From Naegleria gruberi (Eukaryota), in NCBI GenBank assembly GCA_000004985.1, contig GG738852.1: a stretch of DNA of 64,000 nt; one strand, given 5' to 3'. Below, one piece after another: positions 31,901-41,355 of this stretch; the first letter of the stretch is position 1, and every line of letters starts with the position of its first letter. A model generated the notes under the pieces. The model did no database searches. It was not told where the DNA came from and saw only the letters and a list, made by a program, of their open reading frames with translations. Made by a program: the position numbers and the translations under genes.

Positions 31901-32981
31901 CACCAATTGTCAATGTGTTTGTTGTTCCACTGCAAATGCTTGCAGAAATTTGCTGCTTGGTCTGCTTATCAAAACATGACCAGGAGTATTGAAGTGGAGT
32001 AGTAGAAGGTAAATTATTTAAATATGGATCAAAAACAAAAGTTCCAATTACAATACTGCTTGAAATTGAATAAGTTCTCTCAATATTTGTAAGAAGCAAA
32101 CCGAGTTGATCAAATACAGAGTAAGAAACAGGTACTTTTAAGGAGTATTGAGATGCTTCCACAATGCTAGTGGTGAGGGATCCAGTATATTGGGAGGCAA
32201 AATTATTGGTAAATCTGAATATCTGCTTGCCATAGAGTTGTGTTGACGTGTATGCTAAACTTCCTTCAAATACATTTTGTAAAGTTGTGCCTTGTGTTGG
32301 TACATTAAATTCAATGACACATGTTTGACCAGCACATGTATAACCTCCTGATTGTAAACCAGATACTAGCTCAAAGTTTTGATGAGTTGATACTGTATCA
32401 ATGGAATATTTCTGAGAGGTAGTATAGGTGTTATATGAATTAGAACTGGTTAATGAGACGTTGAGTACCTTTGAATTTCCTTCCATGGAGGAAATAGAAT
32501 TTAGGTAATTGGTTGGAATGATGACAACAGGATTGTTTGTGTTATTTAGAAATAGAGACTGAATTTGTGAAGGACAATTATTGCAATTCCAAACTTGTGA
32601 AATGGACTTGAAACCATAGAATAGATTACTAGTACTTGATCTTACTATGAGTGGCTGATTGAGTGTTAGTGGTGACAGGACACTATTAAGGGAACTTCCA
32701 GATGCTGTCGATAGAATAGAAATTGCACCCATTGCATTCACTTGTAACACCACATTACTTGGTATTAGATTCAATGTTGTTCCGTGCGTTATAGAATGAT
32801 TGAAACCAAGATAAATTCTCAAGCCTTGAGAAGTGAAATCACAACTAACCATGGAAGAATCTCCAAAGGATAAAATATCATTTTGTGAGAAGAAATCTTG
32901 ACAATATTTGGTACTAGATGGTATGTATGCCAGTATTGGAGGATGGTATGGCCAGAATTGTGAGATCACAAGATGTTTCAA
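28926..32981 (-). CDS. Giant receptor-type protein: large ectodomain with GPS/GAIN autoproteolysis motif, single TM, C-terminal Ser/Thr kinase (5' end unresolved)
   Basis: Continuous 1351-codon ORF. GPS motif CTYYDTTNNKWAYDG...NINCYTTHLTSFGVI at ~30290..30135. TM LGIGLGVGLSLGILLLIIIIVVIVIIVVLL at ~30044..29958. Complete kinase domain (GQGGFGSVF, HRDIKPNNIF, DFG, SPE) at ~29714..28929. No signal peptide or ATG lies near the 5' end, and the first Met is ~residue 44. The true 5' exons may be the NHL/EGF gene upstream. Confidence 0.7.
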   Translation of the reverse strand: MKHLVISQFWPYHPPILAYIPSSTKYCQDFFSQNDILSFGDSSMVSCDFTSQGLRIYLGFNHSITHGTTLNLIPSNVVLQVNAMGAISILSTASGSSLNSVLSPLTLNQPLIVRSSTSNLFYGFKSISQVWNCNNCPSQIQSLFLNNTNNPVVIIPTNYLNSISSMEGNSKVLNVSLTSSNSYNTYTTSQKYSIDTVSTHQNFELVSGLQSGGYTCAGQTCVIEFNVPTQGTTLQNVFEGSLAYTSTQLYGKQIFRFTNNFASQYTGSLTTSIVEASQYSLKVPVSYSVFDQLGLLLTNIERTYSISSSIVIGTFVFDPYLNNLPSTTPLQYSWSCFDKQTKQQISASICSGTTNTLTIGAGNLPVGDYTISLTASVSGIASQTLSGTISVVNVPQNVPAIKLNTIPDVYPYGKSLLIQATITSASTISELKWELIQGTIKLFNGENSVSAVIQQSARNTAFSTNIQSNLLIDSSRLIQGENYKIQLKVTNGQGQSSANVITTVDLMPRFSCQLYDPLNSNVAYETSFVISCVNNKEKISGFIMQVNNGTSRVGILSNTPKSVTVTPLPFVNGGNLNVIVKLVTTSGSLAIAKYNIVVKLPSGLAADNSFTSRYNYLNTQYQLLKSQKQISIYTANYISSLLSLFIQDTPIALLPSLLDSTTSNQIVVLLVDMSSVLYQMKNTGYNVDEKIIALVVPPLRTIYVLLNTLSPSTVSTQSSSLSSWMTYIFSSISASSNIYSPSVLPFIIDNEHYNEIVDLFNIMSTVSSPAPFVNNMANLNKLLISQSSNTTGNSIIHTDLPQGETNMQTGLLLNQLDGKAVSMIGTNVVFPSDFSSQLSALGFDNTLSYDISYSSYVSSDLISPLIDISVQLSGALVKVNKLNNKIVINFNNLVYKANSTSNITCTYYDTTNNKWAYDGLTTNFVLTKNESNTLYFNINCYTTHLTSFGVIDSQATSSSTPTVPTVSKRITTDDQSLGIGLGVGLSLGILLLIIIIVVIVIIVVLLRIKAKRKKEQLDQESQRLHQKEQLQSSQNTANFPNNSFYIELQTSASLDFPSNNSMSFAPLHNNSAGSNTSTSSDPISQRYKNMSKIGQGGFGSVFRATDSRNNHEKALKVMKFTSFEDLNSIMKEGAQLMNINHPYILKVNEFFVDNDQLLCIDMDYYEKGDLTNLIKCEGYCSEIIVRKILDQSCQALDYIHSSMSLIHRDIKPNNIFIKSIDENDVHIIVADFGLARQNQGSVNVSYCGTPLFMSPEMSVGGKYNSTTDIYSLGVTIYQIMSKDTDTSISQLYMMKETETVKEFLKEKLTNAGKYSQDLIDLTISMLAKDYQSRPSAKAILDHLEKQTPHNQ

Positions 32982-33225
32982 TTATTCCAGTAATGAATCT
33001 GCTGTTTGTTCAGGAAGGGGAAAGTGTTCGAATTATAATTTATGTTCCTGCAATACAGGATATACTGGTCCAAATTGCGATATTGCTATTTGTTATGGAA
33101 AATTGCAAAATGACACCACCGTTTGTTCCTCTTTTGGTGATTGTATTTCCTATAACAACTGCCAATGCAAACTTGGATATAGAGGAAACCAATGTCAATT
33201 TCTGCAAATGGCAGATATCAGGTGA
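32934..33225 (+). other. Inverted EGF-repeat coding segment (plus strand) at junction of NHL/EGF gene and GPS-kinase ORF
   Basis: The plus-strand frame encodes GGWYGQNCEITRC..CSGRGKCSNYNLCSCNTGYTGPNCDIAICYGKLQNDTTVCSSFGDCISYNNCQCKLGYRGNQCQF. These are 2.5 tenascin-type EGF repeats, paralogous to those encoded on the minus strand at 33230–33800. It is bounded by ccag| (32933) and CAG|GTGAGA (33225/6), with an in-frame TGA at 33223–33225. Confidence 0.4.
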
Positions 33226-36200
33226 GATACATAACCCATTTGAGCTACAAATATTACTGTTGTTTGAGGCTACATCATTACAGATAGTATATTGGCAATT
33301 ACTTCCAACATATCCTAAATTACATGAACATAAATTTGGACCTACACAAGTTCCATTACCACAACCGAGCCCGAATAATGCATTTCCCACTGTGTTTTTA
33401 ACACCTGCACACAAATATGATTGACACTCTGAGTCAAAATATCCTGCATTACAAGTACAATTATTAGAACTTAAACAGGCTCCTTTTCCAGAGCAAACGT
33501 TGGAAGATGCTGATGATTTTCCAAAGCATGCTGTAATTTGACATTCAGTTCCAGTATACCCATTCGAGCATGAGCATGTGTTGGGGAGAGAGCAGTTTCC
33601 CCTACCTGAACACACATTTGAATCATTAGAATATTTACCATAGCAGATGGCAAGTTGACAATTAAGCCCAGAAAATCCATTGAAACAGGTACAATTATTT
33701 GGAGAGTTACACAATCCATGGCCACTGCAAGTGGTAAGCTCATTAGAAACTCCAAAACAGGAGGCAATACATTGAGTGAAATTCCCATTAAGCCCATAAC
33801 CACTCGGACAGTAAGGAGCCAATCTTCTTATTCTGTTGTTCCCTTTATCGCTGATTAGTATTTCTCCACTATTGGCAATAAAAGTTGTTTGATATAAATA
33901 GTTGAATAAGGCACTTGTAGAGTTGCCTATGTCACCATATAATCCATTAATTGAATCATCTCCTCCAACAGCATTAATATTTCCATCAGGACCAATAACC
34001 CGAATCGAATGTTCATTAGTATAGTAAATAAAATCTCCATTCTTAGAAACAGCTACACTAGTCGTGTGCATACAGGCACCAATAGCTGGAACTCCAATAG
34101 CAAATTCATCACAGGAGCTAGTTGACCCACCAACAGTACTAATAATTCCAGTGTCTGCTGAAACTTTTCTTATTCTAAAATTTTCAGATATAAAAATATC
34201 ACCCAAACTACTAATTGCCAATGAGGAAGTGTATTGTAATTGAGCAGATGTGGCCAGAACATTGTTTCCATAAGTTCCACTTACTCCAGTTCCTGCAACC
34301 GGGTACACAGTTCCGCTCAGTGTTATTTTGTAAAGTCTTGGATTGGCAGATGTAAGAACAAGAATTTCACCAGTTATTGGTGATAGAGCAATACATTGAA
34401 CATCCAATGGAGCATTGATTGCTAGTGTTCCATCAGGGACAATGTTTTTGTCTCCATTTCCAGCTGTTGTTAAATGTGAGTTCACCAAAGCAAACAATTC
34501 CACTTACCAATTGTAGTTATTATTCCATTCGTTGAAACCTTGCGAACTCGGGAATTCATAGAATCTGCAATATAGACCTCACCTGAGCCACTGACTGCCA
34601 CACAACGAGGAGAGTTTAATTGGGCATTAATTGCCAAACCCCCATCTCCACTAAATCCACTTGTGCCATTGCCCGCAAATGTTACTATAGTATTATTAGG
34701 ATATAAAATTCGTATTCTGTCATTGAAGGTGTCTGATAACATTATTAAGCTTGATAATTTTTACAATTTAAAACTTACCAGCAATATATATTTCCCCAGT
34801 ATTAGCAGCTACTGCATGTTGTGGTTGTGCTAATTGAGCATTTATTCCCAATCCACGATCTCCAGAAAATGAGCCACCATGACCTGCAATAGTTGTAATA
34901 ATTCCTGAGCTATAAGAAACAAGTCTCACTCTGTTATTGTATTGATCTATTTAAGAATACTGTGTTAATTAAAGAGTAACAAAAGAATACGTACCTACAA
35001 TATATAAATCTCCAGAGGTATAATTGGCTGTGAGGGAAAATGGTTTAATTTGTACATTCTTTGCTAGCCCACCATTTCCAAGATCACCAATTACTGGAGA
35101 AACAGGACATATTCCATTTCCTGTTATAGTTGAAATAATTCCATTCGAATCTATTTTCCTTACAACACATTCACCATCAGAAGAAAAGAAAATATCACCC
35201 TTAGAAGTGGTGGTAATTGAAAATGGATATGATATCAATGCATTGATGGCCAACCCTCCATCTCCTGAGTTCATTATTAATTTTCTAATATTAAAAACGA
35301 AACAAACCTGAATAGCCAGCAGTGCCTGATCCTGCTATTGTAATAATTGTAGAATTGGATTTAAAAATTCTTCTAATTCTATGAGTTTCATAGTCAGCAA
35401 TAATAAAGTCACCATTTGATGCTATAGCAAAGGAGCGAAAACGACTAAGATAACTTGAAGTTGCAATAACGTTATCTGAATTGTATCCACAGAATCCATA
35501 AACTCCAGCTTTACAAAATTAATTCATTGTCCTTAATAACAATACTTACCAATGGTTGAAATAATTCCATTAGCGCCTATTTTTCTAAGTAAACAATTAA
35601 AAGAATCAGCAAAGTAAACAGTTCCATCATTTGCAACATTAATACCAAAAGGAAATCTCAAGTTGGAATTAATTGCCAATTGACCATCTTTTTGTTTTAA
35701 AATCAAAAAGAAAACTCAATACTTACCAGCACTGTACCCTTCGGTTCCATAAACCCCAGCAACAGTAACAATAGTTCCATTAGTGAATATCTTTCTAATT
35801 CTATGTTTTTCAGCTTCTGTGAGATACAAATCCCCATTAGCACTGAATGATATTCCCATCGGATTCATTAACATGGCATTAATAGCCAATGCTCCATCGC
35901 CATAATTTGAACTGGCAAAACCAGTTCCTGCATACGTTGTAACAATTCCATTCGCAATCTTTCGAATGAATGCACCATATGAAAGAGGATTGAAAAAAGA
36001 TCCGAATAAAGTATTTTCAGCAATGTACACATGTTGAGTAATTGGATGTATAGCAACTGCACTTGGTGAGTAAAGAGAGACACGTAAAGGATCATATCCC
36101 TCTCCCTTTACATTCAATCCACCAGCAATGGTAGAAACATTATAGCTTGGATAGAATGGTGTTGTTACTCCTGCAACAGCATGTGGTTGGTTACAAACAA

Positions 36201-36249
36201 TTGAGAGTGCAACCACCACAGCAAAAAGAATCGATACCAAAGTGTGCAT
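33040..36249 (-). CDS. Secreted NHL-repeat (beta-propeller) protein with tenascin-type EGF repeat array; 7 exons
   Basis: join(36249..35727,35687..35550,35508..35308,35264..34995,34946..34779,34732..34508,34463..33040). Signal peptide MHTLVSILFAVVVALSIVC. About 12 NHL repeats (GDGG.A..A.L..P.G....NG..Y.AD..N.RIRK). Then ~7 EGF repeats (CSG.G.C.....C.C..GY.G..C). All six introns are phase 1 and 39/41/43/48/46/44 nt long, with GTAAGT/GTTTGT/GTACGT donors. EGF periodicity is lost at 33226 (..CSSNGLCIS|PDICHLQKLTL..), and the last 60 aa are non-EGF down to the TAA at 33040. Confidence 0.75.
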
Positions 36250-36848
36250 GAGGTTGCTGTTTGGTTTTTTTCTTTCTCTGAAACCAAAAGACACTATTAC
36301 CCGTGTATGTCATGATGACATTAGGGGTTCATTTGGGAACTTGCCTTGACCTGTCATTCTGGAACAAGAAGGTAATGAATATTATTATGAACCTCAAAAT
36401 CGGGAATTTTGAAACAAGAAGTAATAATAACTATCATTTTTGAAGCATGAATCCTTACCAGCAAAATTGTATTTTTTATATAAAATTAAAAATTAAATAT
36501 TAAAAATATTGGCGTCCAGGCATTAAGGGAGCATACTTGATAACGGGTAAAAGAAGCGGAATATCATGAATGTAATCATGGTGTATATGAATTTGGTGTG
36601 CCTTTTCGTTCATGTGCGTTAGTAGAGGAACTTTTAATAGGCTGAATCACTCGGAATGCTACAGGGGTTCATTTCCAGAATTTTATTGATTGGTTATTTC
36701 AATTTCTCGAATTAAGAGAAATATCTACAGAACCATCTCTTGACCACTTGTCTCGGTCGTTTGTACGTGTTTCGAATAATAAACTTATATTGAATTTTCT
36801 TAATAATAATATCTGATAGTTGGTAGCAATAAAAACACAACCCAAAAA

Positions 36849-37644
36849 ATGCTTCGAGAGGCTAGAGTTTCAGATAAAGAGAAAAAGAGAATTGTTGATG
36901 AATTTCTTCACCTTATTACCAATAGCAAGGCTTTCGATAGCAAGTGTCTTAATACGGAAACAATCGATTGTTTTGTTCTCCCATTCTTTGAGTGGAATGG
37001 CGTAACTTTAACGATGGAACTTTTGAAAAAGGCTAATTATCAAGAGTTGATTGCCAAGTTGGAACAATCGCCAATATTCTATCCTATATTAGTTAGTTCA
37101 ATCTTTTTTCATTTTGGAATGGCTTATCAATGGAAGAAGAACTCAAACTCAAACTTAGAAATTCCAAGATGAGTTGCAAGGAAGAAGCTTTACTAATCAA
37201 GAGAAATTGAACATGGAAAGTATTCAACCAATCATCAAAAGTGAATTCCTTAAAGAAGCTGCCAGAATTGTTTCCAAATCACATCAAGAGAAAATCCCAA
37301 GCCCTCCTTCCCTTATTGTCCTTCATGAACTTGAAAAAATGGACCTAGATACTGCTGTTAAAGCCATGTTCAATATTGAGCAAAATTTAATGCTCAAACT
37401 AGCTGAACAAAAGGATGAAACAAACGAATTGGTTACGGCCATTGGGCAATTAATGGTGGAAACAAACAAATTGGTTAAGGCCACTGAGCAAAATTTCATG
37501 AGCAAACTTGATGAACTAAAGGTGGAAAATAGCAAATTGATGAAAGAAATTAAAAGTTGGAAGGATGAAAAGGCGTATAAGAAATGTGATTGTGATTGTT
37601 TGGGTTGCAAGGATTGTTCCAAGAAGACGAATCACTGTAAATAA
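36849..37644 (+). CDS. Coiled-coil protein with C-terminal Cys cluster; 2 exons
   Basis: join(36849..37091,37159..37644). Exon 1 ends ..FYPIL|GTTAGT. A 67-nt intron runs to cttag. Exon 2 KFQDELQGRSF... is in frame. Heptad-rich middle. C-terminal CDCDCLGCKDCSKKTNHCK. Confidence 0.5.
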
Positions 37645-37839
37645 ATGAATCTTGATACTGCCATGTTCAACATTGATTATCATCATTCTTTCTTCTTCTG
37701 CGAACATAAAGTTGCATTGCACTAAAATTATGTTTGAGAATCTCATTTTGTATTAATATTCAATCTTTTTCAATTTTGATTGAGTGAGATATTCAAATAG
37801 TCTCCCTAAGCCAATCAAAAAATCAAAAAAAAGAACATA

Positions 37840-38331
37840 ATGCAAACCATTAACAATACAATAGAAAACTCCACAGAACATGTTCGGAACAATATTTCCA
37901 TACTCCATTCAATATGGTTTTTAATCATCCAACACCCATTCATCATGTTTCTAATGGATTTAATTCAAGTCTTTAGAGAACTCGATTCTGAATTGAGATT
38001 CAGTGGATTTTCTCAAATATTAATAGCTTGCTTACTGACCAAACATTTTCATCAGCATTCAGAAGCTTTCTTATCAGTAGTGTGGCGACTTTTATTCTCA
38101 TCACAAGAGAAACTGTGTGGCGACTCTATTTGTCTCACACTCGATAAATGTCATGAAGAATCAAGGGTTGAACTCTTCCAAACTTTATTCACATCAAAAT
38201 GTGTTTTGGCAGACTTACAACACGCACACATTCATCACATTCTGAATTTATTACAGCCCTACCTTTCAGAAAGAGAAATATTCATAGCAATTTCAATGAT
38301 GAGGCCATTTCTTGCCTCCCCTACTTCTTAG
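37840..38331 (+). CDS. Hypothetical protein
   Basis: ATG start. 163 aa, His/Cys-rich. No recognised domain. Confidence 0.35.
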   Translation: MQTINNTIENSTEHVRNNISILHSIWFLIIQHPFIMFLMDLIQVFRELDSELRFSGFSQILIACLLTKHFHQHSEAFLSVVWRLLFSSQEKLCGDSICLTLDKCHEESRVELFQTLFTSKCVLADLQHAHIHHILNLLQPYLSEREIFIAISMMRPFLASPTS

Positions 38332-38435
38332 TTTCTAAAAATTCTTCATTAACCATTGTGAGACACTGTAAATAATTTTAATTGGTGGAATGTTTAGCTC
38401 TGCACTGCGCTTGGATCTGAACATGTGGATGAAGG

Positions 38436-38484
38436 AAGGAATTCTTTTTTGGAGTGGTTACATAACCAAAAAAGAATTCCTTCA
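38436..38484. repeat. Perfect 18-bp inverted repeat / hairpin (13-nt loop) in intergenic spacer
   Basis: Left arm GAAGGAATTCTTTTTTGG (38436–38453). Loop agtggttacataa. Right arm CCAAAAAAGAATTCCTTC (38467–38484). It lies between the stop of the 37840 gene and the serpin ATG. Confidence 0.6.
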
Positions 38485-38569
38485 TGAGGTATGTAACACC
38501 ACCAACAAACTCTTTAAATTTCTCTTCAATTAATTTCACTCAACTGAAAAAATATCTTTAAACCTAATC

Positions 38570-39721
38570 ATGGGACAATATCAATCAACATTAATCACCT
38601 CTCATAACAAGTTTGCTTCTTCCTTGTTTCAATCAATTACCACCAAAAACAAGCAAACTAATATAATCTTCTCACCAATTTCCATTTATTTAACTGTATT
38701 GATGGCCACCGGTGGTTCTAATGGCCAAACATTGTCAGAGTTTGGCAAGGGTATTTTCCTTGATCAATCACCATCCACTGTTGAAGTGTTTAGACTCATT
38801 ATCGAACCATTTGCTTCCAATTTCTTTGATAATCTCAACACCTCAATCATCAATGTTGCTAACAATGTCTTTGTTGAGAGAAATGCCATTTTGAATGAAA
38901 ATTACAAGGAACATGTTCAAAAGGCCTTCCAAGTCAATGTTGAACAATGTGATTTTGCAGGAAATGCCAATGGTGAAGCTGTGAATATTAATCAATGGGT
39001 TTCTTCACATACCAATCAAAAGATTAATAATTTAATTCCACCTAATCACCTTAATTCTCTCACACGATTAGTTCTCGTCAATGCAGTTCATTTCCTTGGA
39101 AAATGGAAGGAAGTTTTCAACATTTCTAATAGTTATACGACCACATTCCATGGCGCTGGTGGTGACAGCACTTGTACTATCATGCAAAAAGAAAGAACCA
39201 AAGAACAATATGGTGCTGAAGGTCTCTATCATTGGGTCACCATGTCATTCAATGATGCCAAGTATAAGCTGACCATTGTTGCTGTCAAAGATAACTCACA
39301 TCAAACAACTTTCGATGATTGGTTCTCTAAGAAATTGAGTCAAGGATTCGAAAGTGGCTTCCCTACCAGAGAAACTCAAATGCACTCGTGTGGCTTCCCA
39401 AGATTTGAACTCGAACAAGGAATGGAATTGAATGAAATTTTACAAGCTTCTCCATTCAACATTCAAAAAGCATTTACAACTAATGCTGATTTCTCAAATT
39501 TGATCGTCAATGATCAAATTCATATCAATGCTGTCATTCATAAGGCCTATATTAAGGTGAATGAAAACGGTGCTGAGGCAGGAGCTGCTCTTAGTATGGA
39601 TTGTGCTACTTTTAGTATTGTGAAAAATCCAGAATTTCTGGTCACCTCACCATTTGCTTTCATCCTTACTGATGATTCTACCAAGTCAATTCTATTTGCT
39701 GGTAAGGTTAACACATTGTAA
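38570..39721 (+). CDS. Serpin (serine protease inhibitor)
   Basis: ATG start. 383 aa. Serpin core, with hinge GAEAGAALSMD and reactive-centre loop ...CATFSIVKNPEF, followed by the C-terminal serpin signature FILTDDSTKSILFAGKV. Confidence 0.85.
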   Translation: MGQYQSTLITSHNKFASSLFQSITTKNKQTNIIFSPISIYLTVLMATGGSNGQTLSEFGKGIFLDQSPSTVEVFRLIIEPFASNFFDNLNTSIINVANNVFVERNAILNENYKEHVQKAFQVNVEQCDFAGNANGEAVNINQWVSSHTNQKINNLIPPNHLNSLTRLVLVNAVHFLGKWKEVFNISNSYTTTFHGAGGDSTCTIMQKERTKEQYGAEGLYHWVTMSFNDAKYKLTIVAVKDNSHQTTFDDWFSKKLSQGFESGFPTRETQMHSCGFPRFELEQGMELNEILQASPFNIQKAFTTNADFSNLIVNDQIHINAVIHKAYIKVNENGAEAGAALSMDCATFSIVKNPEFLVTSPFAFILTDDSTKSILFAGKVNTL

Positions 39722-39959
39722 AAGAGTAAGGTTTGGATGGAGTTGTTCGAATAGCTCAATCTTCCTTAATTACTTTCGAATAGAACAACATCCTCAATAA
39801 ACTATTCCTTTCAACCAATGTACCTCATAATACTATTAATAATATTTTAAAAATAAACCATTTATTTTCCTCATCACCCAACAGGACTCCGTACCAATTA
39901 AACTTTTTTAAAACTGCAACCTAAAAATTGAAGAATTTGATTTTAAAAAAAACATAAAA

Positions 39960-40214
39960 ATGGCCTACTATGATGAGATTGAAATTGAGGACATGATCTT
40001 CAATGAGGAGGAAGGTTCCTACTATTATCCTTGTCCTTGTGGTGATATCTTTTCAATCACATTGCAAGAATTGTATAATGGTGATGAAATTGCTCACTGT
40101 CCAAGTTGTTCACTTGTTATTAGAGTAATTTATGATCCCGAGGATTTTAAACAAGAAGAGGAAGGTGCTGCCGATGATACTGAAGGTGCTGCGGAGGAAA
40201 TTGAAACACAATAA
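39960..40214 (+). CDS. DPH3: Diphthamide biosynthesis protein 3 (DPH3/Kti11, CSL zinc finger)
   Basis: YYYPCPCGDIFSITLQELYNGDEIAHCPSCSLVIRVIYD matches the DPH-type CSL domain. Acidic C-terminus. Confidence 0.8.
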   Translation: MAYYDEIEIEDMIFNEEEGSYYYPCPCGDIFSITLQELYNGDEIAHCPSCSLVIRVIYDPEDFKQEEEGAADDTEGAAEEIETQ

Positions 40215-40427
40215 TTTTAATAATATTATATATATTTATAATATTTACTAAATTACTCTCTAACCGACACTTCAATGCGAAAATTAGATTAAAAGGAGAG
40301 CACAAACTCTAACACTAGGAAATTAACGATACTAATAATTAATTCGATATTATCATCATTTAAATGAAATTAATTATCCAATTAATTAAATAATAATATA
40401 CAAGTAATAAATTAATTTATAAACCAT

Positions 40428-41137
40428 TTAGAGGAGAGTGAGCATATTTTCAGCAGTTGTCTTTTCCAATTGACCTGGAGAATCTTCAACGAACAATTCC
40501 TTAACTTTACCATTTTCAATAAGCATACTGAAACGCTTAGATCTCTTTCCCAAACCAGCGGCAGTCAAATCGACTTCAAGACCAACTTGTCTAGTGAATT
40601 CACCCAATGGATCAGCAATGAATTCAATTTCTTCATTACCAGAAGCAACCTTTTCCTTCCAGGCCTTCATGACAAAACTATCATTGACACTGAGGCAGAT
40701 AATCTTGGAAATACCCTTTTCCTTCAATGCTTTAGAATTGTTAAGGTAACTTGGAACGTGCTTGTTTGAACAGACTGGAGTGAAAGCACCCTATTATTAT
40801 ATAATTGTTGTGTGATGTAATAATAATGGATATATAATTAATTCCGATCATTCCGATCAATTAATTCCAAAAATATTAAAATTATTATAAAATTGTTATC
40901 AAACAAGAAGAATACATTAGTAAATTCTAACGAAATGATACTTACTGGGACACCAAAGACAATAACCTTTCCAGAAGTGAACAAATCATCAGTAGTAACA
41001 GCTTCATTGGTAACCTTGAAGAGTTTAACTGGAGTGGATGGCTTGACTTCAACATTGGTGTGGGCAGATCTGAATGAAACAACAGTTGATCCAATCAATG
41101 ATTGTTTTTTGAAGAGAGGAATGGTCTTACGGAGCAT
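40428..41137 (-). CDS. Peroxiredoxin-5-type (atypical 2-Cys) peroxiredoxin with mitochondrial-type presequence; 2 exons
   Basis: join(41137..40946,40790..40428). Exon 1 is MLRKTIPLFKK...VIVFGVP|GTAAGT. A 155-nt AT-rich intron ends in ..aatag. Exon 2 is GAFTPVCSNKHVPSYL...FVEDSPGQLEKTTAENMLTLL (PRDX5 family). Confidence 0.8.
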
Positions 41138-41355
41138 TTTGTTCTGATTTTTTTGAAACTTTAATATTAATAAATATTCAATCATGCAAATGTTTGGGAT
41201 TCTCAAGCCAATATTCATCTTGTCTTTTAGTTAAGAATCTTCAAAAATACGCACTCCTTAAACTCTCATTCATTGGTTAGATTGGTGAAGAGAATATTAA
41301 ATTGATTTTCAAATGAGTTAAATTTTATTAAAAACTACTAAGGATGTGAATCAAT

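Noticed and set aside
32918-33424. 168-codon plus ORF spanning the EGF junction
   Set aside because: It runs in the wrong frame relative to the EGF periodicity, and its product has no pattern. Only the 32934–33225 frame is meaningful, and that is listed separately.
36306-36680. 15-nt palindrome ATGTCATGATGACAT and two copies of AGGGGTTCATTT ~340 bp apart upstream of the NHL gene
   Set aside because: Short motifs that could arise by chance in 500 bp. Noted, not called.
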